Source: Candidatus Latescibacterota bacterium
GTDB lineage: Bacteria; Latescibacterota; UBA2968; UBA8231
Direction: 5' to 3'
DNA length: 64,000 nucleotides
Assembly: GCA_965203355.1 (NCBI GenBank)
Contig: OZ241889.1
Coordinates: 2,752,001 to 2,816,000 of the forward strand
The notes beneath the pieces were generated by a model. It ran no database searches, had not been told where the DNA came from, and was given only the letters and a program-made list of their open reading frames with translations. This document shows, piece by piece, positions 18,824 through 28,592 of this stretch. The position numbers were made by a program, and so were the translations under genes. The stretch's first letter is position 1; every line of letters begins with the position of its first letter.

Positions 18824-20875
18824 GTGATGAATGCCATTCGACGAGAGTGGGCCATTATTTGGGGCGTGGCCCTGTTGTGGCTCTTGGTCTTTGCGGCCTC
18901 CATGCTCTACCACACGGGTGGCCGCTTGGCCCTGCCGCTGGACGATTCCTTCATCTATTTCCAATACGCGCGGCAAGCGGCCCAAGGGCACTTCCTCGAA
19001 TACAATACCGGTGCTGAGCCAACAGCCGGCGCGACTAGTCTGCTGTACACCTTGCTGCTGGTGCCGGGCTTTTGGCTGGGGCTGGATGGGATGGGGATTG
19101 CGCTGTACGCGTTGGCATTGGGGGCTGTGTGGCTTGGGTTGAGCGCTTGGTTGCTCCTGTTGCTGGGCCGCAAATTGAGTGGTTCTTTCAGCGGCTGGCT
19201 GGCCGCGTTGATGTTTCTGTTGTGCGGTCCGCTGCTGTGGGGCTACTACAGTGGCATGGCGATCGGCTTGTTTGCCTGCGCCATCTTACTGACCTTGCAT
19301 CTGTACCTAGCAGAAGACCGGCGCACTCCACTGGCGGCGGTCCTGTTGGTGTTGGCCCGGCCTGAGGGGATCGCCTTGGTCTTGTTCTTGCTGCTAATAG
19401 TTGCCTATCGCCGAGCGTGGCATTGGCCGTGGGGGATGCCTTTGGGGGCATACGTGCTACAAGCCCTGCTGTTGGCTTGGTGTACGGGAGAGGCTGGGGC
19501 GTCTGGGGTCGAGGCCAAATGGCGTTTTGCCGAACCGTACGGCTCGTTGCCCGAGCAGATCCGAGCCGTCTTTTTCGACTTCGCCGAATTTGTCAAAGGG
19601 ATCCTCACCGGGTCATTGGGCCATCAGACCAGCGTCAATTTATACGCGTACGACGGCAATTACCGCCGCATGGTGTTTGCTCCGTTTGTCGCGCTCTTTG
19701 TTTTGGCGGAGCTAAGCTATCGGCTCTGGGACGAGCTATCCGAGAGGCGGTTTGGGATGGCGGCGTTGGGGGGAACCTGGTTGATCGGAGGCGTTCTCCT
19801 AACCTGTACCCTCGTCGAATACGACGCCCATTTCAATCGCTATCAGCAGCCCTTTCTGCCGCTCTATATTCTCTTTGCGGCCTTGGGCTTGGGGCGATTG
19901 GCCGCAGCCGGGGGGGAATGGGGTAGCAAGTTGGCGCGGGGATTAGCTTGCTTTTTCGGCTTGTGGGGGTTGATGTCGGTGGGGTTTTTCGCGGTTGCGT
20001 ACGGGGAAAATTGCAGCGATATCCGCAACCAGCAGGTCGAGATGGCGCGCTTTATAGACGCTGAATTGCCGCCTGACGCGCGCGTTGCCGTCAACGACGC
20101 TGGCGCCCTGCGCTACTTCAGCCGCCGCCAAACTATCGACTTAGTTGGGTTGACCTCGGCCGGGAACAGCGCACCTTGGCGGCACGGGAGCGGGTCGCTA
20201 TTTGAACGGCTGGAAGCTATGCCACCGGACCAGCGGCCGCAGTACTTCGCGATTTTCCCCAATTGGTTTAATTTTCCCGAGGGCCTCTTTTTACAGCCGC
20301 TGCATCGCATCCGCGTCTTTGAGCCGTCGATTATAGACGCGGAGAAGGTGTTGTATCAGGCGCGTTGGGCCGCAGACCTCAGCGGTGAAGCCATACGCAA
20401 TCGGACGTTGTTAGCAGAGAACTGGCGGGTGGTTGACAAAGTGGATGTGGCCGATTTGGCAAGTGAACGTCGGCACGGCTACCAATCTAAAGTGTGGGTG
20501 CCCGGCAGCGGGGAGGCGAATCTGTTGATGGCACTGAGCGCGACCGACGATCCCCAAGCCGTGTACATCGACGGGGGGCGGACGGTAACGGGAGGGGAGC
20601 GGATGGAAGTGGTGCTGAACGCTGGGCGACCGGCGACGGTCATCATGCGCACGGTTACGGGCATTGCTCAGCGCTTTGCGGTGATCGCGAATGGAAAGAA
20701 AATTGCCAACGTGGAACTGCCGGGGGGGCCGGGCCGCCAGTGGCTCGAACTGGCCGTCGGCCAGATACCGGCTTCGGCGGTGAGCAGCCGCGTCGAGATT
20801 GAGACGCAGCCGATCCACTTTGGCGGCGATTGGCGGCCGATTGTTTCGTTTCACTATTGGATTTTGCAGCAATAG
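18824..20875 (+). CDS. GT-C-fold integral membrane glycosyltransferase with C-terminal extracytoplasmic domain
   Basis: DDSFIYFQYA after TM1, GATS, RPEG, many TM helices, DAGA/DLVGL. Confidence 0.75.
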   Translation: MMNAIRREWAIIWGVALLWLLVFAASMLYHTGGRLALPLDDSFIYFQYARQAAQGHFLEYNTGAEPTAGATSLLYTLLLVPGFWLGLDGMGIALYALALGAVWLGLSAWLLLLLGRKLSGSFSGWLAALMFLLCGPLLWGYYSGMAIGLFACAILLTLHLYLAEDRRTPLAAVLLVLARPEGIALVLFLLLIVAYRRAWHWPWGMPLGAYVLQALLLAWCTGEAGASGVEAKWRFAEPYGSLPEQIRAVFFDFAEFVKGILTGSLGHQTSVNLYAYDGNYRRMVFAPFVALFVLAELSYRLWDELSERRFGMAALGGTWLIGGVLLTCTLVEYDAHFNRYQQPFLPLYILFAALGLGRLAAAGGEWGSKLARGLACFFGLWGLMSVGFFAVAYGENCSDIRNQQVEMARFIDAELPPDARVAVNDAGALRYFSRRQTIDLVGLTSAGNSAPWRHGSGSLFERLEAMPPDQRPQYFAIFPNWFNFPEGLFLQPLHRIRVFEPSIIDAEKVLYQARWAADLSGEAIRNRTLLAENWRVVDKVDVADLASERRHGYQSKVWVPGSGEANLLMALSATDDPQAVYIDGGRTVTGGERMEVVLNAGRPATVIMRTVTGIAQRFAVIANGKKIANVELPGGPGRQWLELAVGQIPASAVSSRVEIETQPIHFGGDWRPIVSFHYWILQQ

Positions 20876-20971
20876 CAGTGCGAAACAAGGCCCTAGCTTG
20901 AGGCCACATAGCGGCCAAGTCAAGGGAGCGGGTACCATGTCAGGGCCGGGGATTCCGGCTATATTGATAGT

Positions 20972-22912
20972 ATGCAGACTATAGGTGTCGGCTCGGTGCA
21001 GCTAAGGCGAGAAGAAGCCATCCTCTGGGCTATTCTAATCGCGGCTCTCGGTGTGCGCTTAGCTTATCTCTACCAAGCGGTTGATACGCCGCTGTTCGAC
21101 GTCCTCCTGATCGACTCTGAGTTTTACGACCGCCGTGCCCGCGCCATTGGCGCCGGTGATTGGCTGGGCGACCGTCCGTTCTTTATGAACCCGTTTTACC
21201 CCTACTTTTTGGCCGCCATTTACGCGCTGTTGGGTGCTGAATACGGGTGGGTTGGCTTGGTGCAGGCGGTGCTGGGGACGGGTAGCTGCTATTTGACCTA
21301 CGCGCTGGGCCGGAAATTGTGGCGGCCGGAAATTGGCCTGTTGGCCGCGGGCTTGGCGGCGATTTACCAGCCGTATGTGTTCTACGACGGGGCACTGCTG
21401 ACCGCCGCGCCCATCACCTTTTTGAATCTCGCGGCTTTGTATTGCTTGGCACACGCGCAAGGTGCAGCGCGTTGGCTGCTGGGCGCGGGCCTGCTGTTGG
21501 GGCTTTCGGCTACGGCGCGGCCCATGGTCTTGCTATTTGTCGCGGCAGTCGCGGGCTGGTTTGTCGCGCAGGGAGGATGGCGCGGTTGGCGGCAGTGGGG
21601 GTTGGTGGTCGCGGGCTGCGGCCTCGTGGTAGGCACCGTGGCTTGCCGCAACTATCTCGTCGGGGGTGAGTGGTTGCTGACCACGTCCTCAGCCGGCATG
21701 AACTTCTACGTGGGGAACCATCCCGAGGCCAACGGTATCTACGCACAAGTCGACTTCTTGCCCAGTGCCGAGCCGGATTTGGAGCGCGAGGCGTTTATCC
21801 GCGAAGCCGAGGTACGCACGGGCGAGGAACTGACCCCGGCGCAGGCCTCTAGATACTGGCTGGTGGCCGGCTTGCGCTTTGCCGTAGAAAACCCCCTCGC
21901 GTATCTGGCGTTGCAAGGCCGCAAACTCTACATGTTCTGGAACGGAGTCGAGGCGCAAAACAACTTGAGTTTGTACTTGGCGCGGGATTTTGTGCCCCTG
22001 TTGCGCTGGTGCGTTTTGGGGTGGGGATTGGTGGCTCCGTTGGCGGTAGCAGGTTGGGGCACTAGTCGTCGCTCGGGGCTGCTGGACCTGTATGTGGCAA
22101 GCTATCTGGCCGCGTGTCTGCTGTTTTTCACGTCCTCGGAATATCGCTTGCCCGTCGTGCCAGTGATTTTGCTTTACGCCGCTTGTTGGATTGCCAACGC
22201 GGCGGCTTGGACGACGGACCGGGCGCATCGTCGGCTGATGGGGTCGTGTTTGTTGGTGGCCTTAGTCGCGCTGCCGATCAACTACCGGGACGCCGGGGCC
22301 GAGCGGCTGACCCGCAAGCGCGTTGATTACTACAATTTCGGAACGTTGTACCAACGCCGAGGAGCTTGGGCATCGGCTGAGAACATGTTCCGCCAAGCAC
22401 TGCGCATTGATCCGTCGTTTGCGCCCGCCGCCTCTGGTCTGGCGGCTGTGTTGGCGCAGCAAGAAGGCGGTGATTTAGATGTCCAACGCGGATTAGACTA
22501 CTTCGGCGCGGGAGAGTACGAGGCGGCGATTGCAGCCTTTAGCCGGGCCCAGCCCTCACCCGGCTTGTACAACAATCTCGGCCTGTGCTACTATCGCCTC
22601 GGTCAATGGAGCGCGGCGGCCGCGTATTTCCACCAGGCTCTCGCACTCGACCCTGGCTATGCCCGGGCGCATTTCAATCTCGGCTTGGTCCGGGTCAAGC
22701 AGGGGGATGACCAAGCCGCGGCCGATGATTTTGCCCGGGCCCTCGCACTCGACCCGGACCACGCCCAAGCGCACTATCGGCGCGGGGAAGTGCTGTTGCG
22801 CTTAGGGGCGCCCGGCGCAGCAGCAGCCCACTGGGCATTTTTGCGTACGCGCAGCCCCGACGACGCGCACTTACAGGCGAAAATCGATTCCATGACGCAG
22901 GCTAACCTTTGA
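20972..22912 (+). CDS. ArnT/PMT-like GT-C glycosyltransferase with C-terminal TPR repeats
   Basis: DSEFY, PFYPYFLA, RP, RN, NFYVGN, YRLP; several TPRs (YNNLG, HFNLG). Confidence 0.8.
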   Translation: MQTIGVGSVQLRREEAILWAILIAALGVRLAYLYQAVDTPLFDVLLIDSEFYDRRARAIGAGDWLGDRPFFMNPFYPYFLAAIYALLGAEYGWVGLVQAVLGTGSCYLTYALGRKLWRPEIGLLAAGLAAIYQPYVFYDGALLTAAPITFLNLAALYCLAHAQGAARWLLGAGLLLGLSATARPMVLLFVAAVAGWFVAQGGWRGWRQWGLVVAGCGLVVGTVACRNYLVGGEWLLTTSSAGMNFYVGNHPEANGIYAQVDFLPSAEPDLEREAFIREAEVRTGEELTPAQASRYWLVAGLRFAVENPLAYLALQGRKLYMFWNGVEAQNNLSLYLARDFVPLLRWCVLGWGLVAPLAVAGWGTSRRSGLLDLYVASYLAACLLFFTSSEYRLPVVPVILLYAACWIANAAAWTTDRAHRRLMGSCLLVALVALPINYRDAGAERLTRKRVDYYNFGTLYQRRGAWASAENMFRQALRIDPSFAPAASGLAAVLAQQEGGDLDVQRGLDYFGAGEYEAAIAAFSRAQPSPGLYNNLGLCYYRLGQWSAAAAYFHQALALDPGYARAHFNLGLVRVKQGDDQAAADDFARALALDPDHAQAHYRRGEVLLRLGAPGAAAAHWAFLRTRSPDDAHLQAKIDSMTQANL

Positions 22913-25026
22913 AAGCTAGGCTCTGCGTACGCGGTGCTCAGGCCGGCGGTCTGGCCCATGTCGATATGGACTTGCCGTTGGGCCGGATTGTTTGCTTTAC
23001 CGGCCGCAGTAGCAGCGGCCGCCGCGCTATGGCCTTAGACATCCTGTACGCGGAGAGCCGGCGGCGCTACATGCAGGCTTTGTCCCCGACCGAACGCGAA
23101 AGCGTCAGCGGGACAGTACGCGCCGATGTGGAAGAAATTTCAGGCCTGCCGCCGGCCATTTACTTAGGAGCACCGCGCCGTGGGCGCACGGTCGGAGACT
23201 ACTTGCAGCTAGACGGAATGTTGGCGCAGATCATGCTGGAAGAGGGGCAGATGCACTGCCTCGAATGCGGCGGTCGCTGTCGCAGCTATGCGGCCGATGA
23301 GGTCGAGCGCGCAGTCGCCCGCGTCCATACAGACACCCGCTGTTTGGTGCTGGCCCCGTTGGCTTTGCGGAACGAGGGTATGTGGCAACAACTGGTGCGG
23401 GCCGGGTTTACGCGGGTTGTAATCAACGGCCAGATCCGGCGGTTGGAAGGCGATGACCCGGCCCTACCGAGCGATGGAAGCGAAGTACACGTCGTGGTGG
23501 ATCGCTTAGTGCCAGACCCCAATGCCAGCGTGCGCTTCTTGGAAGCCGTGCGCGTGAGCCGCTCTATTTCCTCCGGGCAGACGGTGATTTTGGTGGATGG
23601 GACCAGCGGGATGATGCACTTGAACCAGCAGCCTACTTGCGGCGAATGTGGCCGTCAGTACGAGCCGCTAATCGCGGCTGACTTGGGCGCCGGCCAGCCC
23701 TGGGCCGCTCAGGTGACCTTAAACGGTCGCACCATGAACGAACTGATGGACGCTCCCCTCGGCTCGTTGCGCGATTGGCTGGACGCGGCTCAGGGGTACG
23801 CCAAAGTAGAGCCTGCGCTCGCCGAGGTCTGCGGCTTGGGGTTGGGGCACTTGCCGTTGGGCCGTCGGCTTGAATCGCTGGGGGCTGGCGAGTGGCAGCG
23901 ACTGCAACTGGCGTCCTGTCTCAGCAGCGGCCTGACGGGCATCCTCTACATTTTAGAAGGGTTGGGGAGCCAGTTGGCCGGGGAGATGCTGGCTGTGGTC
24001 GCCGCGGGGCTGCGTCGGCTGGTTGCTGGCGGCAATACGGCGCTGTTGTTGGATCACACGCCTGAACTCGTGGCCGTTGCGGACGAAGTCTGGACTTTTG
24101 CTGAAGGGCACGTGCAGGCAGGAGAAGCGCCGGAGGTAGAGCGGGATGGAGCGGCTGAAAAACGGGCCACCGAGCAGGCTAAGCCGATGTTAGCCATTCG
24201 CGGGGAGGGGGTGGTCGGGCCGCTTGCCATTGAACTGCCGCACGGGAATCTGACCTGCGTATGTGGGCCTTCCGGTAGCGGCAAAACCCGCTTACTACAC
24301 GAGGTCTTGCTGCCGCTGCTCAAGGGGCGGTCCGTCCAATACGCCGCTGTGGGTATGCCGAGGAACAGCCGAGTTGTAACGGTGGAAACCCCAAGCGGCA
24401 AGGCTACGGTTTTGGCGGGGTTGGGCCTTTTCGCCCGCGTCGCCGACTTGTATGCCGCGTCGCCCGCCGCCGTCGCGTGCGGTTGGGGCCGGGAGGCGTT
24501 CTTGTTGGACCGGCCAGGGGGCCGTTGTCCTCGCTGCGAGGGCCGCGGCCAATGCTATTTCGATTTGGAGTTTCTGGAGGATATCGCGCTGGTGTGCGCC
24601 GCTTGCGAAGGGCGCAGGTACCGAGACGAGATCTGCGAGGTGACCCTGCGCGGCGCGAGCATCGCCGATGTGTTGGGCATGACCTTGGAACAGGCTTGTG
24701 CCCACTTTGCCCGGCTCGAGCCAATTCGCCCGCGTCTGGAGGCCGCTGTCTGCTGCGGCCTCGGCTACCTTCTTTTAGGGCAGGAGGTGCAAGGGCTGGA
24801 GTGGGGGGAGTGGCTGCGGTTGCGGTTGGCACTCGAATCGACGCGGGCTTCCCAGCGCACCTGGGTGCTAGTGGACGACCCAGCCAGCGGCGATCATCCA
24901 GAAGATGTACGCGCCATGGTTGGGGTCTTGCGGGAGTTGGTGGATCGGGGGGGCACGGTCGTCGTCGCCGACCAGCATCCGATGGTGTGCGCCGCCGCGG
25001 ATTGGGTGGTGGATTTGGCGCGGTAA
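22909..25026 (+). CDS. Divergent UvrA paralogue with degenerate ATPase motifs
   Basis: LYAESRRRY, GLPPAI, CLECG, HVVVDRL, GLGHLPLGR, CPRCEG/CAACEG, HPEDV, ADWVVDL. Confidence 0.85.
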   Translation: MKARLCVRGAQAGGLAHVDMDLPLGRIVCFTGRSSSGRRAMALDILYAESRRRYMQALSPTERESVSGTVRADVEEISGLPPAIYLGAPRRGRTVGDYLQLDGMLAQIMLEEGQMHCLECGGRCRSYAADEVERAVARVHTDTRCLVLAPLALRNEGMWQQLVRAGFTRVVINGQIRRLEGDDPALPSDGSEVHVVVDRLVPDPNASVRFLEAVRVSRSISSGQTVILVDGTSGMMHLNQQPTCGECGRQYEPLIAADLGAGQPWAAQVTLNGRTMNELMDAPLGSLRDWLDAAQGYAKVEPALAEVCGLGLGHLPLGRRLESLGAGEWQRLQLASCLSSGLTGILYILEGLGSQLAGEMLAVVAAGLRRLVAGGNTALLLDHTPELVAVADEVWTFAEGHVQAGEAPEVERDGAAEKRATEQAKPMLAIRGEGVVGPLAIELPHGNLTCVCGPSGSGKTRLLHEVLLPLLKGRSVQYAAVGMPRNSRVVTVETPSGKATVLAGLGLFARVADLYAASPAAVACGWGREAFLLDRPGGRCPRCEGRGQCYFDLEFLEDIALVCAACEGRRYRDEICEVTLRGASIADVLGMTLEQACAHFARLEPIRPRLEAAVCCGLGYLLLGQEVQGLEWGEWLRLRLALESTRASQRTWVLVDDPASGDHPEDVRAMVGVLRELVDRGGTVVVADQHPMVCAAADWVVDLAR

Positions 25027-25156
25027 GGATCGCAATCTCGTTGCGACATATTACCTTGCGGGATATATCACTCCTATTTAATTTAATCTTGCTATAGATA
25101 ATTGAGTAAACGAGGTGAAGAGTGCGGTATCTAGGCCCCGAGAAAGGGGCTTTTTA

Positions 25157-25624
25157 ATGAAGGTCGTCGAGAAGTTACAAGAAGAGGCCATCGTCCATTT
25201 AGACTTGGACGGATATGCCCGGTGCGCGCCGCAGGAGTTGGTGCTTGATGTGCTCAAGAAAATGCGCCACCAGCGCGTCAGTGCCGTGCTAGTGGAAGAG
25301 GATGGCCGCTTGGCGGGGATCTTTACTGAGCGCGATGTGCTCACCAAGGTAACGGATCAACCCGCGACGTGGATGCGGCCCGTGGCCGAATTGATGACCT
25401 GCGCTCCGCATAGTTTGGATGCCCAGCAGCCGATTAGCAGTGCCCTGCGGCTGATGAATGCTGGCGACTACCGCAATGTGCCGATCGTAGATGAAAACGG
25501 CCGCATAAAGGGCAATTTGTCCCAGCACGAGGTCATCCGCTTTCTCACCGATCAATTCCCCGAAGACATCTACAATTTGCCACCGGACCCCGAGCGCATC
25601 GCTCGCACCAAAGAGGGCGCTTGA
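25157..25624 (+). CDS. CBS-pair (Bateman module) protein
   Basis: GIFTERD, LMT, RNVPIVD; AAGGGG RBS before ATG 25157. Confidence 0.88.
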   Translation: MKVVEKLQEEAIVHLDLDGYARCAPQELVLDVLKKMRHQRVSAVLVEEDGRLAGIFTERDVLTKVTDQPATWMRPVAELMTCAPHSLDAQQPISSALRLMNAGDYRNVPIVDENGRIKGNLSQHEVIRFLTDQFPEDIYNLPPDPERIARTKEGA

Positions 25625-25672
25625 GCATGCGTTGCGGGTTGCGCTTTTTTTCTTTTTAAGGAGGTCGTGTGC

Positions 25673-27547
25673 ATGGCCGAAATCGGGGCCCCAGCGGCGC
25701 CTAGGATTAGGCGAGAATACTCGCAAGAAGAACGCCAAGCCGTCGTTATCGCATTTTCCGGCGATTCGGGCGATGGAATGCAGCTAACCGGCGGTCAGTT
25801 TACCAATACTTCGGCTGTGATGGGCAACGACGTCAGTACCTTTCCCGACATTCCCGCTGAAATCCGCGCCCCAGCCGGGACGATCCCCGGGCTGAGCGGC
25901 TATCAGGTCAACTTTGCCGCTAACGATCTCTACACGGCGGGCGATTCGCCCCAGGTGCTGGTGGCGATGAATCCGGCTGCGCTCAAAGCCAACTTGCCCG
26001 ATCTCGATCCGGGCGGGACCATAATCGTCAATACCGATCCGTTCAACCGCCATGGTCTGCGCAAAGCTGGATACGAGAAAAACCCGCTCGAAGACGGCAG
26101 CCTCAGCGGCTACGATGTGCATAGGGTCCCTTTGACGACCCTGACCCGCAATGCCCTCGCCGATATCGAGGGCATGAGCAACCAAGCGAAGGACATGTGC
26201 AAGAATGCCTTTGTCTTGGGCTTGGTATTCTGGATGTTCGACCGCCCGCTCGACTACACGCTCAAGTTCTACCAGACCAAATTCGCCGGTCGGCCCGAAG
26301 TGGTTGAGGCCAATACGAGGGCCTTGAAAGCGGGCTACTACTACGGCGAAACGGCTGAAACCTTTCAGACCCAGATCTCGGTGCCAAAGCGAGAGATTGT
26401 CGAACCGGGAGTGTACAAGCGGATCACCGGCAATGAGGCGCTCGTCTTGGGGCTGGTCACGGCCGCGCAAAAGGCCAGCAAACCGCTCTTTTACGGCTCG
26501 TATCCCATCACACCGGCCAGCACCATTCTAGAGGGCTTGGCCGCGCTGAAGAATTTCGACGTGCGCACGTTCCAAGCCGAGGACGAAATCGCGGCCATGG
26601 GGTCGGTGATTGGCGCGTCTTTTGCCGGTAGCCTCGCCGCTACGGCCAGCAGCGGCCCGGGGATCGCACTCAAGAGCGAGGCGATCAACTTAGCCGTAGT
26701 TATGGAACTGCCGCTGGTAATAGTTGACGTCCAGCGCGGCGGCCCCAGCACGGGCTTGCCGACCAAGACCGAGCAGGCCGATTTGCTGGAGGTGCTCTAC
26801 GGGCGCAACGGCGAAAGCCCGATCCCAGTCCTGGCCGCGGCCACCCCGGGCGAATGCTTCGACATGGCCATAGCAGCCTTCCGCATTGCCGTTCGCTATA
26901 TGACGCCGGTTTTTCTCCTATCCGATGGGTACGTGGCCAATAATTCCGAGCCGTGGAAAATCCCGGACCCGGATTTAATCGCCGCCATTGATGCCGAGCC
27001 GTACACCGATCCCGAAGGCTACCAACCTTACATGCGCGATCCGCAGACCTTGGCCCGTCCTTGGGTCGTGCCGGGGACGCCGGGGATGGAGCATCGGATC
27101 GGCGGTTTGGGCAAGCAGGATGTGACGGGCAATGTCTCCTACGCGCCCCAAGACCACGAGCGCATCGTCCGCGTCCGGGCCGACAAAATCCGCGGAGTGG
27201 CCGATTTTATTCCCGAGCTGGAAGTGACCGGCCCCGACCAAGGAGACCTGCTGGTCTTGGGCTGGGGGGGGACTTACGGGGCCATTCGCGCCGCCGTTGA
27301 GCAGGTTCAAGACGCGGGCTTCGAAGTAGCCTACGCGCACCTGCGCTACTTGAATCCGTTTCCGCGCAATCTTGGCAACGTACTCGGCCGCTACAGGCAA
27401 GTGTTGGTGCCCGAGCTAAATCTCGGCCAATTGGCCTTGTTGCTTCAAGCGCACTTTCCCGTGCGCGTCGTCAAGCTGAACAAGGTCCAAGGGTGCCCCT
27501 TCCAAATTCGGGAAGTGGCCGACAAAATTCGCCAAGTGCTAAGCTGA
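25673..27547 (+). CDS. korA: 2-oxoacid:ferredoxin oxidoreductase alpha subunit (gamma-alpha fusion)
   Basis: GDSGDGMQLTG, PAEIRAP, YPITPAS, QAEDEIAA, QRGGPSTGLPTKTEQ. Confidence 0.93.
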   Translation: MAEIGAPAAPRIRREYSQEERQAVVIAFSGDSGDGMQLTGGQFTNTSAVMGNDVSTFPDIPAEIRAPAGTIPGLSGYQVNFAANDLYTAGDSPQVLVAMNPAALKANLPDLDPGGTIIVNTDPFNRHGLRKAGYEKNPLEDGSLSGYDVHRVPLTTLTRNALADIEGMSNQAKDMCKNAFVLGLVFWMFDRPLDYTLKFYQTKFAGRPEVVEANTRALKAGYYYGETAETFQTQISVPKREIVEPGVYKRITGNEALVLGLVTAAQKASKPLFYGSYPITPASTILEGLAALKNFDVRTFQAEDEIAAMGSVIGASFAGSLAATASSGPGIALKSEAINLAVVMELPLVIVDVQRGGPSTGLPTKTEQADLLEVLYGRNGESPIPVLAAATPGECFDMAIAAFRIAVRYMTPVFLLSDGYVANNSEPWKIPDPDLIAAIDAEPYTDPEGYQPYMRDPQTLARPWVVPGTPGMEHRIGGLGKQDVTGNVSYAPQDHERIVRVRADKIRGVADFIPELEVTGPDQGDLLVLGWGGTYGAIRAAVEQVQDAGFEVAYAHLRYLNPFPRNLGNVLGRYRQVLVPELNLGQLALLLQAHFPVRVVKLNKVQGCPFQIREVADKIRQVLS

Positions 27548-27561
27548 ACAGGGAGATTGAG

Positions 27562-28581
27562 ATGGCCGAAGCAGTTGTAGAAACTGGGCTGAGCCGCAAG
27601 GATTTCGTTTCCGACCAAGAGGTCCGCTGGTGCCCCGGGTGCGGCGACTACGCGATCTTGGCCCAAATGCAAAAGATGCTGCCCGAAGTGGGGATCCCGC
27701 GGGAGAACCTCGTATTCGTCTCTGGAATCGGCTGTTCTAGTCGCTTCCCCTATTACATGAATACATACGGCATTCACTCGATCCACGGGCGGGCGCCCAC
27801 AATCGCCACGGGCATCAAGACGGCCAACCCGGATTTGAGCGTCTGGGTCATAACCGGCGATGGCGATGGACTCTCGATCGGCGGGAATCACCTCCTGCAC
27901 AGCCTCCGGCGCAATGTCGATCTAAAAATCATTCTGTTCAACAACCGCATCTATGGGCTTACTAAAGGTCAGTACTCGCCGACCTCGCTGCTAGGGCACC
28001 GCACTACGTCCACGCCTATGGGGTCGATCGACTATCCGCTTAATCCCATCTCGGTGGCACTGAGTGCCGAAGCCACCTTTGTCGCCCGCTCGCAGGACAC
28101 CAATACCAAGCACCTGAGCTACGTGCTCAGACGAGCGGCCGAGCACAAGGGAGCCGCTTTTGTTGAGATCTACCAGAACTGCGTTGTGCTCAATCCCACG
28201 GCTTGGGAACACACCACAAGTTCGGACGTGCGCGACGACAATATCGTGTTCCTAGAAGAGGGGCAGCCCCTCATCTTTGGCAAGGAGCGGGACCGAGGCA
28301 TCCGCATGAACGGTACCGAGCCTGAGATCGTCGCACTCAGCGACGTGGCCCCAGACGAGCTGGTCGTGCATCGCGAAGGGCGCGAAAATGCCAGCTATGC
28401 CTATATGCTCAGCCGAATGGAATACCCGTCGCTGCCATTGCCCTTTGGCGTGCTGCACGCCCTCGACCGGCCCACCTACACTGCGTTGCTATTCGACCAA
28501 ATCGACGCGATGACCCAACAACGGGGCACCGGCGACCTCGCGGCTCTGTTTAGTTCGGGTGATACCTGGGTCGTCGAATAG
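27562..28581 (+). CDS. korB: 2-oxoacid:ferredoxin oxidoreductase beta subunit
   Basis: WCPGCGD, SGIGCSS, HGR, TPP motif GDGD...NN, YGLTKGQYSPT. Confidence 0.93.
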   Translation: MAEAVVETGLSRKDFVSDQEVRWCPGCGDYAILAQMQKMLPEVGIPRENLVFVSGIGCSSRFPYYMNTYGIHSIHGRAPTIATGIKTANPDLSVWVITGDGDGLSIGGNHLLHSLRRNVDLKIILFNNRIYGLTKGQYSPTSLLGHRTTSTPMGSIDYPLNPISVALSAEATFVARSQDTNTKHLSYVLRRAAEHKGAAFVEIYQNCVVLNPTAWEHTTSSDVRDDNIVFLEEGQPLIFGKERDRGIRMNGTEPEIVALSDVAPDELVVHREGRENASYAYMLSRMEYPSLPLPFGVLHALDRPTYTALLFDQIDAMTQQRGTGDLAALFSSGDTWVVE

Positions 28582-28592
28582 GAGAAGAGCCA

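Noticed and set aside
12156-28581. AbfD + 2-oxoacid:ferredoxin oxidoreductase as evidence of a 4-hydroxybutyrate carbon-fixation cycle
   Set aside because: The AbfD homologue lacks the Fe-S cysteines, the genes are unlinked, and other cycle enzymes are absent
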